This document shows positions 28,898-39,105 of a stretch of DNA of 64,000 nt, piece by piece. The notes under the pieces are model-generated. The model was not told the DNA's origin. It searched no databases and saw only the letters and a program-made list of their open reading frames with translations. Each line of letters begins with the position of its first letter. Position 1 is the stretch's first letter. The DNA is taken from NCBI GenBank assembly GCA_963668175.1, contig OY764159.1:2912001-2976000 (forward strand), in the 5' to 3' direction. Position numbers and translations under genes: made by a program. This stretch comes from Syntrophales bacterium (lineage in GTDB: Bacteria > Desulfobacterota > Syntrophia > Syntrophales > PHBD01).

Positions 28898-30223
28898 ATG
28901 CCCGACGCCCCTTACGACATTCTGATTCACGGCGGCACGGTCCTCACGATGACCGAAGACCGGAAGATCGTCGGCGACGCCCTCGTGGCCGTCAGGGACG
29001 GCAAAATCGTCTCCGTGGAAATTGGAGACCCGAAAAAGCCCTTCCCCGAAGCGGTCGAGACGATCGACGCGACAGGCTGCATCGTCATGCCCGGCCTCGT
29101 CAACAGCCACACGCACGTGCCGATGGTCTGCTTCCGGGGGCTGGCGGACGACCTGCCCCTCATGGACTGGCTCAACAACCACATCTTCCCCGCCGAGGCG
29201 CGCTTCGTCAACCGGGAGATGGTCTACGCCGGGGCCATGCTCGCCTGCGCCGAGATGATCCTGTCGGGGACCACGACCTTCTGCGACAGTTACTTCTACG
29301 AAAGCGCCGTCGCGCAGGCGGCCCTGGATTCCGGAATGCGGGCCGTCGTCGCCCAGGGGTTCATCGACGCCCCCGTCATGGAGGGGAACGACCCGGGAAA
29401 ACAACGGGCCGTGGCGGAGAAATTCGCCGAACGCTGGAGCGGTCGTGGGCCGCTTCTCACCCCCGCCTTCTTCTGCCATTCGCCCTATACCTGCACGCCC
29501 GCGACGTTCCGGACCGTCAAGGAGGCCGCCCGGCAGGCCCGCGTGCCGTACCTCACCCACCTGCTCGAAACGAAGGAAGAGATCGACATCGTCCGGAACC
29601 GCCACGGCAAGGCCCCTCTCGAATTCCTCGTCGATCTCGGCGTGATGGACGAGGGAACCATCGCCGTTCATTGCGAATGGCTCGCCGAAGACGATATCGA
29701 CACCCTGGCCCGCCTGGGCGTCAAAGTCGCCCACACGCCCGAAAGCAACATGAAGCTGGCCAGCGGCATCACGCCGGTCCCGGCTCTGCTCCGGAAGGGT
29801 GTCCCGGTGGGTCTCGGCACCGACGGCTGCGCCAGCAACAACGACCTGGACATGTTCCGGGAGATGGACACGGCCGCCAAGGTCCACAAGCTGGTCAATG
29901 CAAACCCGACCGTGATGGACGCCGAAACGGTCGTGAAAACGGCGACCCTGGGAGGCGCCCGCGTCCTGGGCCTTGACCGGTGGATCGGAACCATCGAGGC
30001 GGGAAAAATGGCCGACATCATTATCGTCGATATGAACAAGCCCCACCTGACGCCGCTTTACAACGTCTGTTCCAACCTGGTCTACGCCGCTTCCGGCGCC
30101 GACGTTGCAACGAGCATCATCAACGGCCGCGTCGTCATGAAGGACCGGCGTCTCACCACCCTGGACGTATCTGCCGTCATGGAGGACGTCAAAAAAATAG
30201 CGTTTGACATCGCCCGAGGTTAG
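28898..30223 (+). CDS. Amidohydrolase, MTA/SAH deaminase (MtaD)-like, copy 2
   Basis: PGLVNSHTH, HLLE, HTPESNMKLASG and GTDGCASNN motifs. Confidence 0.88.
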   Translation: MPDAPYDILIHGGTVLTMTEDRKIVGDALVAVRDGKIVSVEIGDPKKPFPEAVETIDATGCIVMPGLVNSHTHVPMVCFRGLADDLPLMDWLNNHIFPAEARFVNREMVYAGAMLACAEMILSGTTTFCDSYFYESAVAQAALDSGMRAVVAQGFIDAPVMEGNDPGKQRAVAEKFAERWSGRGPLLTPAFFCHSPYTCTPATFRTVKEAARQARVPYLTHLLETKEEIDIVRNRHGKAPLEFLVDLGVMDEGTIAVHCEWLAEDDIDTLARLGVKVAHTPESNMKLASGITPVPALLRKGVPVGLGTDGCASNNDLDMFREMDTAAKVHKLVNANPTVMDAETVVKTATLGGARVLGLDRWIGTIEAGKMADIIIVDMNKPHLTPLYNVCSNLVYAASGADVATSIINGRVVMKDRRLTTLDVSAVMEDVKKIAFDIARG

Positions 30224-30366
30224 GCATTAAAATACCGAAGCTTTTTGAGAAAGACGGGATCCACGGTATGTACTCTGATGTTCAAGACGGCCCCGGACGC
30301 CTGCCGCCATGCTCGCTGTATCCTGAAGTAAGAACGCTTTAAAACCAAGACGACGAGGAGGTCGCT

Positions 30367-31353
30367 ATGGCCGCAGGGACATCGGGAATCCTTTTGGAAT
30401 CCGGCACAAACGAACTGGAGATCATCGAACTTTTCATCGAAGAGGAGGGGTACAGGGGTTACTACGGCGTCAACGTCGCCAAAGTCCTGGAGATCATCAA
30501 TATCCCCGACAAGATCATCATCCCCCCCAACACGGCATCGTTTGTGAGAGGTGTGTTCAATCACCGCGGCAAGGTCATCATGCTCATCGACCTCGCCAAG
30601 TGGCTGGGTAGAAAACGGATCGAAACGGACCACCCGACGGTCCTCATTACCGAATTCAACCAGGTCACGTCATCCTTCCTCGTTTCAGGCGTCACGCGAA
30701 TCCACCGGACGTCATGGTCGAACATCAAACCCATGGACGGGTATCTCCAGGGCTTCAGTTCGGTGCTCACCGGCGTCGTCCTTCTGGAAGGCCGCACCGT
30801 CTTCATGCTGGACCTGGAAAGGGTCCTTGGCGATCTTCAGCCGGATCTGGCCATGCCTCTCCCCGAGAAAGCCACCGGCGAAGACTGGCTGGAGGGTGTA
30901 GCCCTGGAAACCCCCGTCGAAGTTCCGGAAGGCGCCGTTGTCCGGAAAGTCCTCCATGCCGACGATTCGTCGATGATCCGCCGGGCCACGAAGGCGACCC
31001 TGGAAGACACGAAGGAATTCGCCGTCACGTCGATGGTGGACGGAAAAATGGCGTGGGATTGGCTCAACGAGATGAAGAAGACGGCACAGAGCGCGAATCA
31101 GCCGATAACCGATTATGTCGATATCGTCCTTACCGATATCGAAATGCCGGAGATGGACGGCTACAGCCTCTGCTCGAAAATCAAGAACGATCCGGAACTC
31201 AAGGCCCTGCCCGTGGTCCTGTTTTCGTCGCTGATCACGGACAAGCTTATCCATAAGGGCGAATCCGTCGGCGCGGACATGCAGCTTGCGAAGCCGCACC
31301 CCCAGGAGTTGATCTCCGCCGTAAAGCAAATGGTGGCGATAAAGAACCTGTAA
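30367..31353 (+). CDS. cheV: Chemotaxis protein CheV (CheW + REC)
   Basis: ILLESGTNELEI and YGVNVAKV (CheW domain); ADDS and TDIEMPEMDG (REC). Confidence 0.9.
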   Translation: MAAGTSGILLESGTNELEIIELFIEEEGYRGYYGVNVAKVLEIINIPDKIIIPPNTASFVRGVFNHRGKVIMLIDLAKWLGRKRIETDHPTVLITEFNQVTSSFLVSGVTRIHRTSWSNIKPMDGYLQGFSSVLTGVVLLEGRTVFMLDLERVLGDLQPDLAMPLPEKATGEDWLEGVALETPVEVPEGAVVRKVLHADDSSMIRRATKATLEDTKEFAVTSMVDGKMAWDWLNEMKKTAQSANQPITDYVDIVLTDIEMPEMDGYSLCSKIKNDPELKALPVVLFSSLITDKLIHKGESVGADMQLAKPHPQELISAVKQMVAIKNL

Positions 31354-31553
31354 GCAGCCGTAAACGTCATGCCCGGCCGTGCCCGGCCGGAGGCGGGTCC
31401 TCGCGGTCCTGCGCTTTTCGCTTGTCGCGGCAACTGCCGCGTGCGCGGAAGGGGCGCAGGATTCCGTCCGGGATCGCCGTCATGAGGCCCGTCGGCGTCC
31501 AATATCCTTGATACTGTTAAACAGCCTACTCCCGTTGAACAGGATGCGCATCC

Positions 31554-33101
31554 ATGATCACCGGCAAACCGATCAAGCCCGGTCTCTTCTCCCTGATCCT
31601 GCTTCTTCTTTTTTCCGTCCCGTCCCTGGCGGATACCGCGCGCGTCGTTCTCTACCCCTCTTCCGCCCTCGTTACGGAGAATACCCGCGTCAGGCTGATC
31701 CCCGATGCCGGCCGTCTTAAGAAGGCCGTCTTCACCCTGCCTGCCTCGGCGGACCCGCAAACCCTCGCGATCGCGGCCGCCGGGAACCCCGCACTGGTTC
31801 TCACGGACCAGCAGTACCGCAAGATAGACCCGGCGGGGCCTGCCGTAAGCGATGGCCGTGCCCGGAAGCTCGCCAGGCTGAAGGAAGAACACGCCGCCCT
31901 GACGGCTTCGCTCAAGTCCGCCGAGGTCCAGATCCAGTTCTGGCAATCCCAGACCAAGACGAGATCGAAGACGCCGCAGGATGCTGCGAACCTGGCGGCG
32001 ACCATTGCCCGGAACACGAAGAAGGTATGGCAGGAAAAATCGGCCCTCGAGGCCCGTCTGGAGGAGAACGAGCGGAAGAGCAGGGAACTTCAGGAAGCGA
32101 TGCAGCAGACGGACGGACGGAGACAGGCGTCCTGGGAGATCACGGCATGGTTCAAGGGGCCGGACGCCGAAGAGGCCGTGATCGGCTTCTCCTATGTCCT
32201 CGCCGATTGCGGCTGGCAGCCTCTCTTCAGGCTTAACGCCCTTTCCCGCGAGAACACGGTCGTCGTCAGCCGCGAGGCCGAAATCTGGCAGCATTCCGGC
32301 CGCGACTGGCAGGGAATAGATCTGGTCCTGGCCGACGGGAAAGCGACCCCGACGGCCGCACCGACGGAGATGTCGCCGTGGCGCATCGGTCCTTCCGGAC
32401 CCGACGTCAAGAAGGCCAAAACGCGAAGCAGGAAGAAGCCCGTCAAGAAAACCGATTCCGGGGACAATACCGCGGACAGGCCGCCTGCGGCTCTTCTTCC
32501 GTCGGTTGCCGCCGGAACCCACAGCCTGGCGTCGGGCGTCAAGGGCAGGATCGTTTTGCAGGAAGAGCGCCGGCCCGCAGAGTTCGTTTACGTCGCCAGG
32601 CCCCGTGAGAGCACCCACGCCTACCTCGTGGCCACGCTTTCGCCCCCGTCCGGGCCGCCCGCCGCCGGCGGCAATGCCGCATTCATGATCGACGGGACCC
32701 TCACGGGCAAACGACCTTTCGCCCCTTCCGGCCTCGAAGCAACCGTCCTGTTCGGCGCCGATCCCAGGATCGCCGTGGCGGCGTCCGTCATTCCCGTCAA
32801 CCCGGCCGGGAATCCCGCCGAAAAGAAGAATGCTCCGGACAGGGAAAAAAGGATGTGGCGGAAACGGATCGACATTCACAACGGGTCGCCGGTATCCGCC
32901 AAGCTCAGGATCGAGGAACCCCTCCCCCTCACCGGCGACGACCGCATCAGGGTCGCCCTCGCCTTCCTGCCGGAACCGTCGGAACGGACGACGGCGTCGG
33001 CCTGCTGGCTCTCGGACCTTCCCGCCGGAGGCAAGGCGACGGTGACGATCGACATTACCGTGGAATCCCCGCCGGGCATGAAACTGGACATGGGCTGGTG
33101 A
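31554..33101 (+). CDS. Exported DUF4140/DUF4139 (MuiA-like) protein
   Basis: Signal peptide, VVLYPSSA, a coiled coil, and GWQPLF..AEIWQHSGRDW motif. Confidence 0.75.
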   Translation: MITGKPIKPGLFSLILLLLFSVPSLADTARVVLYPSSALVTENTRVRLIPDAGRLKKAVFTLPASADPQTLAIAAAGNPALVLTDQQYRKIDPAGPAVSDGRARKLARLKEEHAALTASLKSAEVQIQFWQSQTKTRSKTPQDAANLAATIARNTKKVWQEKSALEARLEENERKSRELQEAMQQTDGRRQASWEITAWFKGPDAEEAVIGFSYVLADCGWQPLFRLNALSRENTVVVSREAEIWQHSGRDWQGIDLVLADGKATPTAAPTEMSPWRIGPSGPDVKKAKTRSRKKPVKKTDSGDNTADRPPAALLPSVAAGTHSLASGVKGRIVLQEERRPAEFVYVARPRESTHAYLVATLSPPSGPPAAGGNAAFMIDGTLTGKRPFAPSGLEATVLFGADPRIAVAASVIPVNPAGNPAEKKNAPDREKRMWRKRIDIHNGSPVSAKLRIEEPLPLTGDDRIRVALAFLPEPSERTTASACWLSDLPAGGKATVTIDITVESPPGMKLDMGW

Positions 33102-33122
33102 GGCCGGCCTGGACGCGCCCCG

Positions 33123-35033
33123 CTAGTCTTTCCTTCTTCCGGCCGCGCTCTGGACGGAAAGGATGATCTGCGTGATCGCCCTCTTGGTCCGTTCGATGAC
33201 CTTCTCGTAAAACTGGCTGTTCCGCTGGACGTAGCAGTTCACGTCCGCGTAGGTCAGATGCTCCTGCTGGTCGTAGAGAAAATCGTGGAGGTGGTGCATC
33301 GACTTGAGGCGCGAGAAGAAAAGCTCGCCCCAGTTGTTGCAGTAGAGGACAGAGACATCGACAACCTCCTTGTCGATGCGGGTTTCGTCGATGCTGGCGA
33401 CGACGAGGATTTTCGTGACGCGCTCCGGCTTCAGGAAATTCTGGAAATCGATCGACGAGATATCGTAGAACCCGAACATCTCCCTGATCCTTCGCGCCAG
33501 TCCCATGATCTCCTGGATCGAGACGGGGGTCTGGTTGGGGTTCATCCGCACCTGACCGGGAGCATAGATGTCGTTCCAGACGAGGTACGCGATGCAGTAG
33601 ACAATATCCGAGCTTTCGACGAGCGTTCTCGTCTCCTCCTTGGCCGGATAGACCCGCCACGCCTTGCCGTCGACATTGAACACGAGCGTCGGCAGGTTCA
33701 GGTTCTCCAGGGGCTTGTGTACGATAGGGACCTTGTTCGCTTTCTTTTCCAGGCACGATGCGAGTTTACGGCCGATGATCGTCAGATCCTGGGGGGCGAT
33801 GCCCTGGGCGATGCCCTTCTGGAGCAGGGTGATGCCGTTGTAGATGTTGAGGAGGAGCGTCAGGGCCTGGTCGCCGAATTCCATCTGTTCGTGAAGGGTC
33901 CAGCGCGCAAAATCGTTCAGACGGTAGATTTCCTTGCGGTCGATAGCGTACTGTTTGAAGATCGGCCGGCAGAGCGTCTCCTTCAACGTCAGTTTCTTGG
34001 ACTGGAGACGAACCTCGTAACACAGGTAGAAGCATTTCTTGATGAACTCCAGGGTCTCTTCTTCCACGCCTTCGTTGTACCTGAATACGGCGTCCATCGT
34101 GAACATGCTGGGGTCCATGAAAGCCTGGCCCGTCTTCTGCGAGAGGACATGCTGCCGGAAACGGTGGCAGAGGAGTTCCTCCCGCGGAGCGACAAGGAGC
34201 ATCTCCATGAGCAGCATCTTGATGATCGACTTCAAGGGATGCGTCAGGGACTTGTTGAACTGCCACAGGGCCGATCCGAAATATTCGCCCCTGTCCACCG
34301 ATTCGAGGTTGCCAAGGTCGATGAAATCGTAGTCCCCGAGGGACCCGTAAGCGTAACTCTCGCTCAGTTCGTTGTAGTCGGCCGGCTTGTGCTCGTCGTA
34401 GCATACCCACCAGAGGGGAATCTTGCCGCAAATGAGGATCGTCGTCCGGTAGAACTCCTCTTTCAGGATATTCTTCTGCGTGCTGCCGGAGCTCTCCATG
34501 CCGATATTGCCGTAGTTGCAGGTCCTGATGTCTTCCAGGTCCGTGACGAAGAAGAAGACGGGCATGCGGAAATTCGCGTCGAACCAGTCCTTGATGAGGT
34601 TGATCTTCAGCACGAGCTGGTTCAGCACCCTGTCCTCGAACTGCTTCCTGTCGATGCATATCCAGATGTCGCAGTCGGAGCGGCTTGTCTGGCTCACCGT
34701 GCCGACGCTGCCGATGGTATAGAGGCCTTCGATGATGTTCTCGTTCGCCCGGAAACGCAGGAACGACACTTCGCTCTTGAGGCCGAACCGCGTCTTGAAG
34801 GCGGCCTCCTTTTTATGGATCTCCTTCTCCTTTTCCAGGCCGTACACCTTGAAGGGCTTCTTCAGTTCCTTGATGTAGCCGGGCACGGCGGGGTGGTTGA
34901 CGCTCAGGATCCACGGCAGGAGATAGAGGATCGCTTCGCTCTCCTTCGGGGAGAGCTGGGAAAAAATCCTTTTCCTGAACTGGTTATATGCGATATAGGT
35001 CTTTTTGTTTTGTAGAAACGTATAAGGCAGCAT
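33123..35033 (-). CDS. cyaA: Class I adenylate cyclase
   Basis: GLYTIGSVGTVSQTSRSDCDIW nucleotidyltransferase motif, EEFYRT and LWQ..K...P.KS. Start placed at ATG 35033, downstream of a predicted promoter. Confidence 0.85.
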   Translation of the reverse strand: MLPYTFLQNKKTYIAYNQFRKRIFSQLSPKESEAILYLLPWILSVNHPAVPGYIKELKKPFKVYGLEKEKEIHKKEAAFKTRFGLKSEVSFLRFRANENIIEGLYTIGSVGTVSQTSRSDCDIWICIDRKQFEDRVLNQLVLKINLIKDWFDANFRMPVFFFVTDLEDIRTCNYGNIGMESSGSTQKNILKEEFYRTTILICGKIPLWWVCYDEHKPADYNELSESYAYGSLGDYDFIDLGNLESVDRGEYFGSALWQFNKSLTHPLKSIIKMLLMEMLLVAPREELLCHRFRQHVLSQKTGQAFMDPSMFTMDAVFRYNEGVEEETLEFIKKCFYLCYEVRLQSKKLTLKETLCRPIFKQYAIDRKEIYRLNDFARWTLHEQMEFGDQALTLLLNIYNGITLLQKGIAQGIAPQDLTIIGRKLASCLEKKANKVPIVHKPLENLNLPTLVFNVDGKAWRVYPAKEETRTLVESSDIVYCIAYLVWNDIYAPGQVRMNPNQTPVSIQEIMGLARRIREMFGFYDISSIDFQNFLKPERVTKILVVASIDETRIDKEVVDVSVLYCNNWGELFFSRLKSMHHLHDFLYDQQEHLTYADVNCYVQRNSQFYEKVIERTKRAITQIILSVQSAAGRRKD

Positions 35034-35075
35034 AGAGGACGATATCTCCCGGGAAAAGGGATATAGGTTCTCCAT

Positions 35076-35104
35076 CTTATAGATGGGCAAGTTGTAAAAG
35101 TCAA
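35076..35104 (-). promoter_or_regulatory. Putative sigma-70 promoter for cyaA
   Basis: Minus strand TTGACT-17 nt-TATAAG. Confidence 0.55.
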
Positions 35105-35167
35105 CCGATTGATAGGGGGAGGCTTGCGGCGGACGCGTTCTTGAGGCGCTGACCGCTTGTTGATGCC

Positions 35168-38100
35168 ATGGATAAACCGCTGAAGACATTGCCGCGACTG
35201 AACTACCAGGCGGGCCTGCCGATCCTCGCGAAGAGGGCGGAGATTGTCAGGGCCATCAAGGCGAACCGCGTGGTGATCGTGAGCGGCGAAACGGGGTCGG
35301 GGAAGACGACCCAGATACCCAAGATGTGCCTGGAGGCGGGACGGGGCAGGACGGGGCTTATCGGCTGCACGGAGCCCCGGCGCATCGCCGCCGTCACCGT
35401 CGCCCGCCGCATCGCCGCCGAGCTTAACGAAGAGATCGGCCAATCCGTGGGCTACAAAATCCGCTTCGAGGAGCGGACGGGCCGGTCGGGGCTCATCAAG
35501 ATCATGACCGACGGCATTATGCTCATGGAGGCCCAGCGGGACAGGATGCTTTCCGCGTACGACACAGTCATCGTCGACGAGGCCCACGAACGGTCTGTCA
35601 ACATCGATTTTCTCCTCGGCATCCTGCGAACGATCCTCGGGAAACGGAAGAACCTCAAGGTCGTCATCACGTCGGCGACCATCGACACGGACAAGTTCTC
35701 CCGGGCCTTCGGCAACGCCCCGGTCATCGAGGTTTCGGGCCGGACCTATCCCGTGGAGGTCCGCTACCAGCCCCCTGACCAAGGGAAAGACCAGGAGAAG
35801 GATCAGGAGGGAGGCGAAAATTACGTCGACGCCGCCGTCCAGGCCGTCGAAACGCTTCGGAACGACTACCACGGCGGCGATATCCTCATTTTCATGCCGA
35901 CCGAGCAGGACATCCGCGACACCTGCGAAATCCTCAACGGCCGCTTCGGCAACGAAGTCGCCGTACTCCCAATGTTTGCCCGCATGACCTGGACGGACCA
36001 GCAGCGCGTCTTCCAGGCCATGCCCGTCCGTAAGATCGTCGTCGCCACCAACGTGGCGGAGACTTCCATCACGATCCCCGGCATCCGCTACGTCGTCGAT
36101 ACGGGCCTCGCCCGCCTCCTCGACTACAACCCCCGGTCGCGGACGACGAGCCTGGCCGTCCGGGAAATCTCCCGGAGCAGCGCCGACCAGCGGAAGGGCC
36201 GCTGCGGCCGCGTTCAGGCAGGCGTTTGCATCCGTCTCTACTCCGAGGATAACTACGAAAACCGGCCCCGCTTCACGCCGCCGGAGATCCTGCGGACCAA
36301 CCTGGCCGAAGTCATCCTGAGGATGACCGCCCTCAAGCTGGGGAATGTGCAGGACTTCCCCTTCGTCGATCCCCCCGCCCCGAAGGCGATCCGCAACGGC
36401 ATCGAAATCCTCGAAGAGCTGGGCGCCATCCGGCCGGAAAAAGAGGAAGGACATACCGGACCGGGCGGCATCGCCCTCACGGAGAGGGGCCGCCTTATGT
36501 CGCACCTGCCGCTCGACCCCCGACTTTCGAGAATGATCATCGAGGCCCGGGAGGAAGGGTGCCTCGCCGAGATCAAGATCGTCGCCGCGGCCCTGTCCTC
36601 GCAGGACCCCCGCGAACGGCCGGCGGAAAAGGAGGCCCAGGCTAACCGGATGCACGAACAATTCAAGGACCCGGCCTCGGACTTCATGACCATGCTCAAC
36701 ATCTGGCGCCGCTACGACAAGCTCCTGAAATCGGCATCGTCGAAGGGGCAGGCCCGGAGGTTCTGCCGGGACAACTTCCTGTCGTTCCGCCGCATGCGGG
36801 AATGGTACGATGTCCACGAGCAGATTTCGGACATCCTGAAGGAGCAGCGCGTAAAGGAGAAGACGGAAGCCGAGCCTCCCGCCGGCGACAAGGAGATGTT
36901 CGGCCGGATTCACAGGTCCGTCCTCACGGGATATCTTTCAAACATCGCCCAGCGGAAGGAGAAAAATTTCTACCTCGCCGCCAAGGGCCGCGAAGCCATG
37001 ATCTTCCCCGGCTCCACGATCTTCAACAAGGGCGCCCCCTGGATCGTCGCCGCCGAGATGGTCGAGACGTCGCGCCTTTTCGCCCGGATGGCCGCCGGCA
37101 TCGAGGTCGACTGGCTCGAACGCCTGGGCGGGAACCTCTGCCGCTCCACCTATTCGGAGCCGCACTGGGAAGAGAACAGGGGCGAAGTAGTCGCCTGGGA
37201 GCAGGTCACCCTCTTTGGCCTCGTGATCGTCCCGAGGCGCCGGGCGTCCTACGGCCGGATCGATCCCGAAGAGTCCTCGCAGATATTCATCCGCAGCGCC
37301 CTTCTCGAAGGGCGGATGAAGAAGTCCTTTCCTTTTCTCGTCCACAACCGGAAACTCGTCGCCGAAGTGGAAGAGATGGAGGAGAAGATCCGCAGGCGCG
37401 ACATCCTGACGGGTGAGGACATGCTCGCGGCCTTTTATGGGGAGCGCCTCCCCGGCGTCTACGACATCCGGACGCTCCAGAGAATGATCGTCGACCGCGG
37501 CGGCGACGCCTTCCTCCGCATGACGAAGGATGACGTGATGCGCCAGGAACCCGACGCGGAAGAGCTGGCCCTTTACCCGGACGAGGTCAAGCTGGGCCGC
37601 TTCCGTTTCCGCACCCGTTACCGCTTCGATCCGGGAAGCGACGACGACGGCCTCACGGTCAACATTCCGGCCGGCATGCTCTCCCAGGTGCCCGCCTCGT
37701 CCGCGGACCGCCTCGTGCCCGGGCTCCTGCGCGAGAAGATCGACGCCCTCCTCCGGGGCCTGCCGAAGGCCTACCGCAAATACCTCCAGCCTATCGGCCG
37801 GACGAGCGAGGCCCTCATGGAGAAGATAGGCGAAACGGATGCGCCACTCGTTTCCGTCCTCGGGAAGGCGATCCGCGGGCTTTACGGCGTGGATATCCCC
37901 GTCTCGGCGTGGCCGGCCGAGTCCCTGGAGAAGCACCTGCAAATGCGGGTGGCCGTCGTCGACGGGAAGGGTCGCGAGATCGCCGCCAGCCGCGACATTC
38001 ACGCCCTGCAGGCCGAGGCCCTCTCCGACGGCGAATCTGCCGCGTTCAAGGCCCTCCAGGAGAAGTGGGAAAAGAAAGGACTTGCCTCCTGGGATTTCGG

Positions 38101-38956
38101 CGACCTGCCGGAGAGTATCCCGCTGCGCTATCACGGCCGGAACGAGGGCTACGCCTTCCCGGCCCTGGCCCAGGACGGCGATTCAGTCGATATCCGGCTC
38201 TTCCGGACGGAGAGGGAGGCCCTCGCATCCCATCACGCGGGCGTCCGCACCCTTTATGCGATCCGTTTCCGGGAGGAACTCCGTTATCTCAGGAAGAACC
38301 TGACACTCCAGGCAACGGCGAAGCAGTGGGCGTCAGAGGTCATGGGCGTCAGGCCCTTCGAGCAGGCGCTCCTCGAAAAGGTCATGCACGATCTTTTCGA
38401 ACATAATATACGGACCGCCGAGGCCTTTTCGCTCCACGGCGACGACGTCCGCCCGAAAATTCTCCCGGCGGGGCAGGAGGCGGTCCGGGCGGCCGGTCCC
38501 GTCCTGAAGGCCGCCTACATGACGCTTTCGGCCGTGAAGACCCTGGAGCAGGCCAACCGGGGCAACAAGCCTGTTTTGAAATTCCTGGCGGAACTGAGGC
38601 TGGAGGCGGGAAATCTCGTCCCGCCGCATTTTCTCGCGCTCTACGACGAAGAGAGACTCGCGCACGTCGTCCGCTACCTCAAGGCCCTGGCCGTCCGGGC
38701 CGGGCGGGGCGCCGTCCACCTGGAGAAAGACGCGGTGAAGGCCCTGGAACTGAAACCCTATATCGACTGGTACGGAGAACAGACGGCCAATCTCCCGCCA
38801 TCCGCCACGGAGGAAAAGAGGCAGGCGCTCACGGCCTTCCGCTGGATGCTTGAAGAGTACAAGGTGTCGCTCTTCGCCCAGGAGTTGAAGACCGCCTTCC
38901 CCGTCTCTCCTAAACGCCTCAGGGAACAGATGGACGCCATCGACCGCTTGTTCTGA
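35168..38956 (+). CDS. hrpA: ATP-dependent RNA helicase HrpA
   Basis: GETGSGKT, DEAH, SAT and QRKGRCGR motifs; C-terminal RWMLEEYKVSLFAQ. Confidence 0.95.
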   Translation: MDKPLKTLPRLNYQAGLPILAKRAEIVRAIKANRVVIVSGETGSGKTTQIPKMCLEAGRGRTGLIGCTEPRRIAAVTVARRIAAELNEEIGQSVGYKIRFEERTGRSGLIKIMTDGIMLMEAQRDRMLSAYDTVIVDEAHERSVNIDFLLGILRTILGKRKNLKVVITSATIDTDKFSRAFGNAPVIEVSGRTYPVEVRYQPPDQGKDQEKDQEGGENYVDAAVQAVETLRNDYHGGDILIFMPTEQDIRDTCEILNGRFGNEVAVLPMFARMTWTDQQRVFQAMPVRKIVVATNVAETSITIPGIRYVVDTGLARLLDYNPRSRTTSLAVREISRSSADQRKGRCGRVQAGVCIRLYSEDNYENRPRFTPPEILRTNLAEVILRMTALKLGNVQDFPFVDPPAPKAIRNGIEILEELGAIRPEKEEGHTGPGGIALTERGRLMSHLPLDPRLSRMIIEAREEGCLAEIKIVAAALSSQDPRERPAEKEAQANRMHEQFKDPASDFMTMLNIWRRYDKLLKSASSKGQARRFCRDNFLSFRRMREWYDVHEQISDILKEQRVKEKTEAEPPAGDKEMFGRIHRSVLTGYLSNIAQRKEKNFYLAAKGREAMIFPGSTIFNKGAPWIVAAEMVETSRLFARMAAGIEVDWLERLGGNLCRSTYSEPHWEENRGEVVAWEQVTLFGLVIVPRRRASYGRIDPEESSQIFIRSALLEGRMKKSFPFLVHNRKLVAEVEEMEEKIRRRDILTGEDMLAAFYGERLPGVYDIRTLQRMIVDRGGDAFLRMTKDDVMRQEPDAEELALYPDEVKLGRFRFRTRYRFDPGSDDDGLTVNIPAGMLSQVPASSADRLVPGLLREKIDALLRGLPKAYRKYLQPIGRTSEALMEKIGETDAPLVSVLGKAIRGLYGVDIPVSAWPAESLEKHLQMRVAVVDGKGREIAASRDIHALQAEALSDGESAAFKALQEKWEKKGLASWDFGDLPESIPLRYHGRNEGYAFPALAQDGDSVDIRLFRTEREALASHHAGVRTLYAIRFREELRYLRKNLTLQATAKQWASEVMGVRPFEQALLEKVMHDLFEHNIRTAEAFSLHGDDVRPKILPAGQEAVRAAGPVLKAAYMTLSAVKTLEQANRGNKPVLKFLAELRLEAGNLVPPHFLALYDEERLAHVVRYLKALAVRAGRGAVHLEKDAVKALELKPYIDWYGEQTANLPPSATEEKRQALTAFRWMLEEYKVSLFAQELKTAFPVSPKRLREQMDAIDRLF

Positions 38957-39105
38957 CGGCTTCTTTTGCTTTCGGCGAAAACCCGGCGCCCTTTTTCGAG
39001 GGATGCGTATTGCAGGCATGTTTCAGGCGGACGACGAATAATTCATTCGCCATCCGGCCGGGAAATATGCTATTTATCGGGCGTAAATACGGGAAAGGCT
39101 CCGAC

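Noticed and set aside
27539..30046. 835-aa antisense ORF, and similar long shadows at 12081-13862, 33258-35015, 34904-36913 and 52531-54138
   Set aside because: They lie opposite well-supported genes, have no recognisable motifs, and are expected from GC-rich codon bias.
35034..35189. N-terminal extension of the adenylate cyclase overlapping hrpA
   Set aside because: The region contains a good sigma-70 promoter, so ATG 35033 is the more plausible start.
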